From the NCBI GenBank assembly GCA_024704765.1, contig JAKMXF010000153.1, positions 1 through 12,269 of the forward strand: a DNA stretch of 12,269 nt. The letters run 5' to 3'. Shown piece after piece: positions 1-9,451 of this stretch (positions are counted from its first letter, which is position 1; each line of letters opens with the position of its first letter). The stretch is from Oopsacas minuta (taxonomy: Eukaryota; Animalia; Porifera). The translations under genes and the position numbers were made by a program. The notes under the pieces were generated by a model. It did not search any database and was not told where the DNA came from. It saw only the letters and a list, made by a program, of their open reading frames with translations.

Positions 1-1722
1 TAAATCTGTTGTGTAATCAGTTTATGGCTGGTTCTAATATTTACATGATCAGCCTAGCTACGTCTTCCCGATGCTTTCCGATATAATACTTTCAGGAAAC
101 AATCAAGTAAACGTAAGTATGAGTGTAAGGGTGCAATAGGAAGGACTTCAATTGAACTCGCAGATCCATGAGTGATTCCAGCTAGTAATCGGGAAGGATA
201 AGCTGTAAGCTGCTTTCCATCAGAAGTTAGGTCTACGATAGTATCTTTGATCGCTTGCAAAGTGAATTAAGCGGAAAGACTGCTATTAAAAATTCAGCTA
301 CTAATACATCAGTTTGACCTGCGAAGCAGCATTGACAACCAGTGCCACAGCGACAAGTAAAATGCCAGACATTTTACCATCTTAATTTCAATATTTACAT
401 GTCCACTTTCATTTTCGGAGCAGATCGTCAAACACTTGCTAGAAGTCACAGATAATGTTTAAACAAATGTAGTAACATTTATGATAAGTTAGATTGTATT
501 TTGTGAATCATGTGAATAAAAGTTGAGTCAAACATTACATCAATATAGTAACATTCTAGCTTGACATACCATAGTAACCAAAAGTCTAGAATGGAAGGTT
601 GATAGTATTTGGTTTCGCTGAACTTCGCTGAACAAATATGAATAGAATAGTTTTATGAGATAGTGTGTCATGCGTGTAATATCCTGAATAATGCAAGAAA
701 TTGCGAGAAACTTTTGTTCACAATAAAATATGTTCGCATTATTCATATTATATAACCTATCTAAGTATAGGAAATTCATTTTAATTCACTTTAATTCACA
801 TAAATGGGATTTGAGCTGTAAGAGTAACTTTAGGACTACACCCAGTATAAGTTTTATAGTATTTTGAAGGTTGAATTATATTTACAGGAATTTAAGTTGA
901 GTGAGCAAAAATATGATTTCAAATGGCCCGAAAAATTAGCATATTAGGGTGATACTTTCAAATAGTGCAACACTCATGTAAGTTGATTCAGATAATAAGC
1001 AACTGCAGATTTGGATACACCTACATATTTCTAATCATTATCAATATATAAATTCACAATATTGTTATATGAAAATTTCCCCTACTGGAAGTGAATAACC
1101 CACTGTGCCGTCTCGCTTTTTCCTTCACTCAAATTGGCAAGTATGAAATTGCATCTAGCAAACTCCTAGAAATTTTTCTGCGTGCCCCAGTTGAATTCAC
1201 AGTAAATGTTTTGCATCAAAACCGTAAGTCTCGAAATGTTAGTGAGAAACTCAGCATAGTTGACCAAAGTATATAATTCTTTACAATAATGTGACTTATA
1301 CAAGTCTACCAATGTCAAAATCTCATATTTCGAGATTAACCTAGCTTGTAATGCGTTCAAATAGATCACGTATAACGCATTATACGTTATACCCGTATTA
1401 TACAACTTAGCTGTAAAGTAACATTTTTATACATAAATAATTTAGACCCAATTAAAATTAATTATATTATAGTTTAACCGATTACGACCAAAGTGTTACA
1501 GTCGTAGCGAAATGAACATGATAATTTTGCAAGTTCTTATTAACCAATTCCCAGACACCCAAATCGAGATAGAGGACCTTTTTGACGCCATTAAATGACA
1601 CATTTTTTCCGAAAATATTCGGTTAATAGAGTAAACTACCCCAGTAAAATGGAATATTCGGACTCAATAGAAAATCAATTTGGAAATTTTTGCCTATTGA
1701 ATTCAAGTCAAATAATCAGGAA

Positions 1723-1779
1723 TTTTTGGACATTTTATAATTTATGGACATCTGTGATTTATGGACTTTTATAATTTAT
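1723..1779. repeat. Degenerate 17-18 bp tandem repeat, about 3.3 copies
   Basis: Units are TTTTTGGACATTTTATAA (1723-1740), TTTATGGACATCTGTGA (1741-1757), TTTATGGACTTTTATAA (1758-1774) and a partial TTTAT. Confidence 0.75.
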
Positions 1780-1884
1780 CACGAAATATTAGTGTTAATT
1801 TGTCCCACAACGATTACTTTCTTGTTTCACAATCTTTCGAAAATCCTAATACACTATTTCTTTTAGCAATATTATTCGTATAGC

Positions 1885-2020
1885 CAGAGGCTGCCCAAGC
1901 GTATGGCCAGGTAGGGCTGTGCCCCACCTCTTTATGTCAGTATGCCACTTTTGAACAACCTGTGCATCAGCTGTAACGTAACTGTGCCTTACTAGTAGCA
2001 GCTGGCTAGCGCAGCCTCTA
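1885..2020. mobile_element. Probable short non-autonomous hAT-type element (MITE), 136 bp
   Basis: The left end CAGAGGCTGCCCAAGC (1885-1900) matches the reverse complement of 2005-2020, TAGAGGCTGCGCTAGC, at 13/16. The 8-bp flanks CGTATAGC (1877-1884) and CGTACAGT (2021-2028) match 6/8, and both differences are transitions. The segment is GC-rich within AT-rich DNA. An 8-bp TSD with CAG/TAG-starting TIRs is the hAT pattern. Confidence 0.6.
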
Positions 2021-2251
2021 CGTACAGTACAACAAAACCTTGCTCTAATCGTTTATTAATGTTTTTCTTACATTAAAACTTCAGTCCAAGTCTTTACCGT
2101 TCTTTACGTCAGGTGTCTTCATGAGGGAAAACATGGTGTGTGCATAAAAAGCTTAGCTAAAATATGTAAGCTACTCAATACTTCTTGGTATAATGAAGCA
2201 GAATAATTAATATCGAATTAAATTTGAGTAACATTTTGAGATACTACTTCT

Positions 2252-2760
2252 ATGGAAATTCTCCCTACTACAACAGTAAATATTCCACTATTTAGCTTTA
2301 GACATCACATCTTATGCCAACATGATATCCTGTCTTCACGAGAAGGTATAGACTACATCCAACTAGTGAAGAAAAGGATATCAGTTACCCAGAAATGTCA
2401 TTCCTGCAACTCCCCCCTCCAGTCCTGCAAATAATACGAGTCTTATTTTAAATTCTGAGGTTATAAAACCAAAAGGATTTATGTTGGGAGATTTTGAAGC
2501 GTGGATTGTTCTATGGACAGAGGTTGTCATCCCTCGTAAATATCCCGAAAAGCAATGCTAGTTGTAAATAAGAGATTGGTAATAATGTCAATGGAGGATA
2601 TCTGGAAACCAGATGATATTTGTAAATATTTTACAACTAAACAAATGAGTAAAGAATTGACAGGCTCGAGTGCAAACATGTATATTATTGATGGCACGCA
2701 ATCCTTAAAAAGATGTCGTTAAGAGAAAGTTTCAAACTGGTAGTTTATAGTAATCATGTA
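2252..2760 (+). pseudogene. Possible heavily eroded Merlin/IS1595-like transposase N-terminal remnant (weak)
   Basis: The ORF 2252-2434 reads ILSSREGIDYIQ...TQKCHSCNSPLQ (CxxC at 2396-2407). DW**C follows at 2574 onward and YIIDGT at 2681 onward, in the order expected for Merlin motifs. There are many stops and I found no TIR or TSD. Confidence 0.2.
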
Positions 2761-2918
2761 TTTATTCAACTATGGCATTCTTTGATGCCTTGTAGAGCAT
2801 TAAATGTTGCATCTTTCACTTCAAAGTAAATGATCTATTAATACTTTTATACAAAATAACTATCAATTATTTGTAATACAAAGTTAGCTCTAGTGGTGCA
2901 GATTGCTATGAAATTATA

Positions 2919-2988
2919 GAACAGGACCGGACCGGACGGGCTAGACTGAACTGGAGCGAACTGAACCGGACTAACAAGGACCAGACCT
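2919..2988. repeat. Degenerate pentanucleotide microsatellite (RACYG-like)
   Basis: The sequence reads GACCG GACCG GACGG GCTA GACTG AACTG GAGCG AACTG AACCG GACTA ACAAG GACCA GACCT, with 5-bp periodicity. It accounts for the VLVSPVQFAPVQSSP stretch of the minus ORF 2847-3128. Confidence 0.8.
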
Positions 2989-3675
2989 ACAAAGAATCTC
3001 ATAGAATACTGATAAATAATGAACAAATATAAGGAAAGTGAATGAATGGGATGGGTAGAATACTTACGATAGCAATATCTAAAATACCTGTAGGTACATT
3101 CCATAATCCAAATAGTGCAATATAACATACAATAAAGTTCTAATAGATGTGGTTGAGTAAATGATTCAGCAACATTGGAAATGGAATAAACGGCTCCTGG
3201 AGTATTAATTAATCAAAGTAAGTTGTATATTGAAAAAATATCGAAAGGGACTAATAAATAATTTTTTGATATTTTGTTTGATAAACCAAATTGAACTTTG
3301 AATCAAAGATCCATATTTTACTTATTGCTCTAGTATCTTAAAACTTTTCTGCCTATTAGTTGATAACATGACTTATTTTCGCTCAGAAAGTATTTCTATA
3401 TGTGGTATTTGTGAGTTGGTAGTCCTCATAAACTGAATATCAATTATTTTAATGCTAATGGGTGGTTCAGATATGGACTTTTTTATCAATATCAATATTA
3501 TATTGAAATACTGAGAACGAATTGGAAAGTAATATTATCCTACTTGTTTAGTTTCCACTCTATTTTTGAATTACTAAATTACAACTTAATGAATGAGCTT
3601 TTACCTATTCAAAGGTTGAACTCATATATTTAATATTTTCAACATTACTGTGAATGAAAAATGCAATGATGTCAC

Positions 3676-3684
3676 AAACAAGTA
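3676..3684 (+). repeat. Left 9-bp target-site duplication of the outer Mutator element
   Basis: AAACAAGTA directly abuts the left TIR. Its partner AAACAATTA (9452-9460) directly abuts the right TIR, matching 8/9. Confidence 0.7.
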
Positions 3685-3803
3685 ACAAATGTGAAGTTGC
3701 AGCGAGCTAACAACGAGAGATCCAGCACACTTTGAAACGTTATAATTCTGTTACAATGGGACGTAGAGTGGTGCCATATGGAGGATAACGATATTAGGCT
3801 AGG
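3685..3803 (+). repeat. Left TIR of the outer element
   Basis: ACAAATGTGAAGTTGCAGCGAGC...AATTCTGTTACAATGGGACGTAGAGTGGTGCC...TAGGCTAGG aligns to the reverse complement of 9333-9451 with 100 matches in 120 columns (2 gaps), counted by hand. Confidence 0.93.
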
Positions 3804-4392
3804 CATTTTCTGTCACTTTAATTTCATCACAATCTCACACCTATATGGCTTACAATGAAGTTGCACCAATTTTCAAAATTTGCAAAAAATTTAAATATTT
3901 TGGAAAATCGGGAACAATTTGAAGCGTGATAATTCTGTTGCCATTGGGGGTGGGGCGATGCGATATGATATCTAGAGGTAGATTGTTTTATTTTGGATTT
4001 TCTACAAATTTGTTTATATTTATCCTGATTCATTATATTTTTGTAATGTGAAACCATACTTTTTGTTGTATTACTTTACTTGCTTGCAATATCAGTTTCC
4101 TAAAACTTGAGTCATTTGCGTACAAGTTTCTGATGATGAATTGATACTGATGATAACCATTCTACAATACAACTATATCTAGTATTTGAGCGAATTTCTA
4201 TAATTATTATCTTGTAATTTTGGACTTAGTTCAGTGTAGATGAAATTACATTATTGAATTTTCACTGACCAAAAATCTCAATTCTTAGATTAGGTATGGA
4301 GATACCTAATAACAGAATGTTATTTTGCAAATGTCATAAATCACTTCTTCAGTCCGATCTTTTTCATATCATATTTCCAATTCATCGATCGC

Positions 4393-5710
4393 ATGGATGA
4401 ATTGGAAAGAATAGTCCAAGCAATCTTCTCATTACGGATGGAATGGCCTGAAATAGAAATATTGCTACAACCATATACAAATTGTCGCAATTCTTTGTGG
4501 GGTAAGTTGCCAAATTATATCTATAATAGAAACCGAGCACAATGGAGAGCAAAAATTGTGAAACTATGGAAACAAAATCTTCCGGTTATCCGGCAAAAAT
4601 TTCTTAGTCTACAAGCATGACCTATCCGTAACCACTCACATATTTGTCTACCAGTCAGCATTAATCTTGAAGATCTTCCTTCAACCTCTAACTTCGTTAT
4701 AGAATCTGTTTCGTTGATAAGTGCAGAGAATGGTATTGATTCATTTTGTGACTGCAAATTTAGTACATAGAATAACGCAGACCTATCACTGCAAATTCAC
4801 TTAGTAGATTCTTCAGACAATTGTGAGTCATATCAATTTAGATTAACCCAGAGCATATGGTTACTTCTATGCCCATCAGATGACGTAGTTTATCTACATT
4901 ATGAATGGACAATGTTTTTAACACAATTTTCCAAGACCAAATGCAAATTTGCAAGTAATACAAACTTAGAATCGCCAGAGATTATCTACCCAATTTTGCA
5001 GGTGAAACCTAATGGTTACAGTTATTGTCAACGGAAGACTTTCAAGTCAATGTTTCAACAATGAAACATCCCATATTAGAGAATTCTCAGGACAAGCCAG
5101 AGAGTTGGTTACAAAAGAGTGACAATAGAACTTGCAAGGTAAGTATCATTATGAGCAGTTTGATAATGCTTCCAAATTAACAGTTATATCACATGGAAAT
5201 AAGAACTACCAAAATCAGCCGAGCAGATTCGAAAAATTTAGCCGGAACAAGCATCCAAATGTAGATTTAGTGATGAGATGTTCAATGATGTTAAAGTTAC
5301 TCAAATGATAGTTCCATTAATGGAACTGTCTTGAATGGGTATATTCAAACAATGTCCAGGAATATTTTCGTAATCCACATGCACACGGAAGAACAATACT
5401 TATTCTAAAAACGATTTCTTTAAAAATTTACATTGTATCTAGATGCCACTTGATCAGTTATTCGGAGATTAGATTATGTCCAAAAATCTTAATTCTAGGC
5501 TCTAACGATTAATAACCCTTTCTCAAGAGTTCGTCCCATTCATCCTTCTGAAATAATCAGTAGCTATCAGACCAATATCGAAATCACACACTTTCTTCGA
5601 AAATGACGGTATATTGTCAAAACAGTTTTAAACAAAGATCTCATTCTTACTCACATCAATGTCGACTTTTGCTGGCCATTGTTGCACGGTAGTTACAATA
5701 CATTCAATTC
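4393..5710 (+). pseudogene. Outer transposase, 5' part (stops and frameshifts)
   Basis: Frame 1 runs from ATG 4393 through ...YEWTMFLTQFSKTKCKFA. Frame 2 gives HIREFSGQARELVTKE from about 5072. Frame 3 from 5334 gives NGYIQTMSRNIFVIHMHTEEQ, then TLYLDAT*SVIRR (Asp 5442-5444, TGA where G is expected), PIHPSEIISS and HINVDFCWPLLH (Asp 5664-5666). These resemble the LDATGS and DFSWALL motifs of NOF-like transposases as I recall them. Confidence 0.8.
5701..5710 (+). repeat. Left 10-bp TSD of the nested FLYWCH-MULE
   Basis: CATTCAATTC, with an identical copy at 7436-7445. Confidence 0.92.
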
Positions 5711-5761
5711 GGGTCTAGCACTTTACATGCATCAGACTTGCGTACATAACACTTGCGTACA
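5711..5761 (+). repeat. Left TIR of the nested element, three ~15-bp units with core TTGCGTACA
   Basis: TTGCGTACATAACACTTGCGTACA (5738-5761) matches the reverse complement of 7401-7424, TTGCGTACATCACACTTGCGTACA, at 23/24. The outer unit CTTACATGCATCAGA-like is degenerate (11/15). Confidence 0.88.
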
Positions 5762-5910
5762 ATGTTATAGTTCACAGTTGTATACGATATATAATGTATA
5801 TTTGACAAGTTAATTAAAGGTTTCACAGATAAATAAACTCTAATTACAAAATCATTTCGAGATCTATAAAATGCATTGGATGAGCTGGATATTTTATCAC
5901 CAAATACAGA

Positions 5911-7308
5911 ATGTTTGCTAATAGCGATACTTCATTCCAAATAGTCAAATCTTCAAAGGGGACTAACAAATTATCCCACGACGGATATTTGTATATTTTC
6001 AATCGGGAAGCTATCAAAAAGGAGTGGCGGTGTGACGTGCGAGGATGTAAAGCTAGAATACACTCCGTTGATGAGACAATTATCAAAAAGTCTGGGGAAC
6101 ATTCTCACCCACAGGAATACGGTAAAGATGAAGTAACAGTCATGGTAGATTTAATGAGGAAGCGAGGGAGAGAAACTAATGACAATCCACACGTTACGAT
6201 AGGAGAGATGATCAGTTTATTGTCTGAATCTGCGAAGTCTCTGCTTCCAAATCAACAAGCCCTGAAAATGATGCATCAAAGGCAGCGTATTGCTCCACCT
6301 AATCCAGTATCTCTTGAAGAACTTCAATTAGACGCTGAAAACAATAAGACATTTTCTAACAGGAACTTTCTATTCTACCACTCTGGCATTGGCCCCAATA
6401 GGATAGTGATATTTGCAACCAAAGAGAACATAGAAATTTTACCATGTCAAAGATATGGCTAGCCGATGGCATTCAAAACAGTTCCTACTCTCCCTTGCCA
6501 ACTATACACAGTTCATTGTCTTATTGGAAGACCCAATCCTTTGGGTAATGCCCATTTATTACCATGTATATACGCGCTACTCCCGAACAAATCAATTGCC
6601 ACATACACTAAAATGTGGAAAGTTATCCGTGATGCCTGTCTGAATTGTCAACCGCACTACGTTTTTGTCGACTTTGAGCAAGCAGCAATCAATTCTTTCA
6701 ATTCAATTTGGACATTAACCCAAGTGAAATCGTGCTTTTTCCATCTCTCACTGTCAGTTTATAGGAAACTTCAGTCGCTTGGCCTGCAGTCAGAATATCA
6801 TAATGATCCGGAATTTGTATTAACCATGCGTATGCTGCCTGCTCTAGCTTTCGTCCCACCCGAACTCGTCGGCTGGTCTTTCCAACAACTGATCATGACT
6901 TTCCCAGAAAATGCATATCCTCTATGCAGGTATTTTGAAGAAAATTAAATAGGCATTCTAAACTTGAATGGGGAAAGGAATATTCCTCTCTTTCCAATAT
7001 CTCTTTGGAACAATTTTCATCTGGTTCCACAAGGTTTGCCGAGAAGTACAAACTTAGTAGAAGCATGGCATCGTGGATTTCAAAGCACATGTGGTTGTTA
7101 TCCCCTACAATTTGGAAATTCATAGATTGCCTTAAAACGGAACTAGGTAATGCCGAGTTAAAACAGCTGAAATTTACCCACGGTGAAGCCCCAAAAAAAA
7201 CGAAAAAATCAATTGATAATGAAAAGGCAATACTAACCTAGTAACTTCATTTTTCATAGGCTAATATTAGTATACTTAAGAGGCCTTGCTTTTAGAACCA
7301 GATTTTAA
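5911..7308 (+). pseudogene. FLYWCH zinc finger + MULE DDE transposase pseudogene
   Basis: The FLYWCH-like segment is DGYLYIF..KKEWRCDVRGCKARIH..GEHSH. WLADG (6456-6470, off-frame, Asp 6465-6467) joins FKTVP..QLYTVH. Further motifs are VDFEQA (Asp 6670-6672), CFFH (6733-6744), MLPALAFVP, YFEEN*IG (TAA 6946-6948), PRSTNLVEAWH (Glu 7060-7062), PTIWKFI and YLRGLAF, ending at TAA 7306-7308. There are five frame changes and one in-frame nonsense codon. Confidence 0.95.
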
Positions 7309-7400
7309 TCATCCCTATATTTATTATGCTTGTTATTTTCTGTTATAATGACATTAAATATATAAATGAATTTGTATGAATTGAACAAATAATACCATAC

Positions 7401-7435
7401 TGTACGCAAGTGTGATGTACGCAAATGTCGGCTCT
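7401..7435 (-). repeat. Right TIR of the nested element, two units
   Basis: TGTACGCAAGTGTGATGTACGCAAATGTCGGCTCT, followed directly by the TSD CATTCAATTC. Confidence 0.88.
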
Positions 7436-7445
7436 CATTCAATTC
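7436..7445 (+). repeat. Right 10-bp TSD of the nested FLYWCH-MULE
   Basis: CATTCAATTC, identical to 5701-5710. Confidence 0.92.
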
Positions 7446-8340
7446 TCAAAGTTTAGAAATCTATCTGACCTTATGCTGGCAACATTTCTTCATAGTGACT
7501 CGGAAGCTAATTCTATCAGCTCGATACTCCACATTTGCTCAGCTCACATAATGCACAGTTTTAGTTACAAACTAGAAAAGAAACGTTCTCTAAAGACATC
7601 CAGAAGGAGAAAAGAAAGTATAATGTTTATAATGGCTGGACTAACAAGTTCAACAAACCTGGAATACATGAATGATCTTACAACTTTATGCATTTCCTGT
7701 TTTGCAAAGGTGAGGTATCGAGAAACAAAATATATTATTAAACTTGAAGATGCAAAATCTCATGCTGTGAGTAATAACGACAATATTTCTGACATATAAT
7801 ACATAGAATAACTGGACAAAGAAATGCCGAAAGAACAAGGGGGATAGCTTGACCTACAAAGAAAAAAATCATTTTTTGGTAGACATTTCAGGATACTTCA
7901 GAAGACCTCAAATTTTACAAGAAATTTAAACACAAAATATCTGCATCATTCTTTTGAGGAATATAAAGAATATTATTTACCTGTTTTTCCAGGGTTTTTG
8001 ACAACTCAGTATATGCCAATCTCCCCACTATGGACTGTTCCAGTACTTGTTCCGATACGATTCCCTGTGAAGTTAGATGTCACGTTCGCAAATTTAGTTT
8101 CAGATAATTGGTTGAGCATTGCGAAAACTAGCATATTGAAGAATGAAACAAAGTTAAAGCTTGGTGATTTATAAGAAAGGTACCTGAAGGTATTTCTGAC
8201 CGAATAAACGCCTCGAATTTTGGATTCCTGCCCATAATCGACAAAGTATTCAAAAGGATAAAAGTAGGGAGAAAGGATACTAAACATGTGGAAGAAAGAT
8301 GAAACAGAGGTCAGAGAAGCAAACGTAGCTAGTTTAGTAG
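7446..8340 (+). pseudogene. Outer transposase, 3' catalytic part
   Basis: It reads SQSLEIYLTLCWQH (frame 1), then ILHICSAHIMHSF (CxxH 7536-7547). An open stretch at 7848-8171 contains SFFGRHF, QYMPISPLWT and NLVSDNWLSIAKTSILKNETKLKLGD (acidic residue 8103-8105). After a 1-nt shift it reads IRKVPEGISDRI..VEER*NR..KRS* (8171-8332). Confidence 0.8.
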
Positions 8341-9332
8341 AAGAACATGACATTTTAAGCCCGAATAAAGTCAGACAAGCGATCTTGAGGAGGAATACAA
8401 GACTTAATCTTCACAATTCTGAAGAAGACGAAAGAACCCGATAAATATGGGTTATTGCAAGATAAAGAATTAATATACTTCCCATAATCCACTAACTTCC
8501 AAGTCTGATGATATCAAGATTTATGATCAGATTCTGTCCTGTAAGCCCAATCTGGAATCCAAAAATGCAGGAAAACAATGCCTACATTTGTTAGTGGAGT
8601 TATAGACGAAAATCGAGCATTGATAGATACCTGAAAATGTGTAAATTGGTTCTATCGAAAGAAAAGCATATTACTCCGGATGAAAATTGTTTGTTCAGTT
8701 TTCTCTACTATATCTTAATAGGTACTGACTATAATAACAGAGAAATTAGGGAATTATTGGTATTAAGTATGAGAGGGTAACAGAGAGATACTTGTTCAAA
8801 AATACTCCAATTCGCACTCAACATTAATCGCTACAAAAACTATTGTTCAATGAAGGAGGATATACAGTCAAGTACGATTGACAGGACAGGCTCTTTGGGT
8901 ACCGACAGGATCTATTTTTAGCAGCACAATTGCTCTAAACTGACAGATCCCTATATACAGATTTGGACCGCTGTTGGGATACATAGTCGGCTTATGGATT
9001 CAACAATAAGAAGATGCACACGCGTTAACAGAAAAGAAGATATATCTTCTTCTCTATAAAGTCATTTCCAACGAGTGATTAAAGTTAATTCAGAAGATAA
9101 AGTGAATTTGTGGGACAATGAATCTGAATTAGATCTTACTAGCTACAATTAGCAAGAACTTAATTCACAATGAACAATATTACCTAGGAGTGAGTCATCA
9201 AGTAGCATGCTATCTAGCATATCAACAAGGGAACATTAGAACAGTAGTCCTTAACTCTATATGCCATTATATTCCTATGTATTATATTACATCATTTGTT
9301 TACCTGTGTTAATTAATAAACTATCTAAACTA

Positions 9333-9451
9333 CCTGGCCTAGTATTGATATCTTCCAAATGGCACCTCTCTACGCCTCATTGTAACAGAATTTAACGATT
9401 CAATGTGTGCTCGATTTCTCGCTGCTAGCTCGTTGCTAACTTCAGATTTCT
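9333..9451 (-). repeat. Right TIR of the outer element
   Basis: The reverse complement reads AGAAATCTGAAGTTAGCAACGAGC...AATTCTGTTACAATGAGGCGTAGAGAGGTGCC...TAGGCCAGG, matching 3685-3803. Confidence 0.93.

Larger units (their letters stand above)
5711..7435 (+). mobile_element. Nested FLYWCH-MULE (Mutator-like) DNA transposon, 1725 bp, both ends present
   Basis: It has a perfect 10-bp TSD and TIR cores matching 23/24, and it contains a FLYWCH + MULE DDE transposase. In-silico excision restores the host transposase frame. Confidence 0.93.
3685..9451 (+). mobile_element. Outer Mutator-superfamily DNA transposon, NOF/Foldback (Rehavkus)-like, decayed and interrupted by a nested MULE
   Basis: It has 119-bp TIRs at 3685-3803 and 9333-9451, a 9-bp TSD, and an internal disrupted transposase with a D..D..CxxH..(E/D) motif order. 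Length without the nested insertion and one TSD copy is 4032 bp. Confidence 0.85.

Noticed and set aside
54-260. Minus-strand 68-aa ORF
   Set aside because: No recognisable motif and a non-ATG start; its length is expected by chance.
326-355. Minus-strand CRCGTGCQCC, resembling a CXC or metallothionein-like motif
   Set aside because: Only 10 codons, with a stop shortly upstream, no start and no supporting domain context.
1370-1392. 8-bp inverted repeat GTATAACG/CGTTATAC
   Set aside because: Too short and AT-rich to distinguish from chance; no TSD.
540-1405. Short ORFs 540-779, 1091-1276 and 1166-1405
   Set aside because: They have AT-rich codon composition and no motifs, and are most likely spurious.
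2847-3128. Minus-strand 93-aa ORF
   Set aside because: It is partly a translation of the pentamer repeat, and the remainder is low-complexity.
4113-4124. CATTTGCGTACA, a 12-bp match to the nested element's TIR unit
   Set aside because: It is a single isolated copy without array, partner or TSD, and a chance match cannot be excluded.
5133-5148. Consensus-like splice donor CAAG/GTAAGT
   Set aside because: The transposase-like reading continues straight through in frame 2, and no intron is needed.
7005-7241. 78-aa ORF as an independent gene
   Set aside because: Only the part from PTIWKF onward is real transposase sequence; the N-terminal part is off-frame.
7425-7799. 124-aa ORF as an independent gene
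   Set aside because: Its ATG lies inside the nested element's right TIR. It is a chimeric fragment of the outer transposase containing the CSAH motif.
4521-8353. Minus-strand ORFs 4521-4757, 5844-6086, 6893-7123 and 8006-8353, and plus ORF 6455-6643
   Set aside because: These are antisense or off-frame shadows of the transposase pseudogenes.
8617-8730. ALIDT*KCVN plus ILIGTD, resembling a retroviral aspartic protease
   Set aside because: The motifs are in different frames and only about 30 codons apart. No gag, RT or LTR is nearby, and the site lies within a TIR-bounded DNA transposon.
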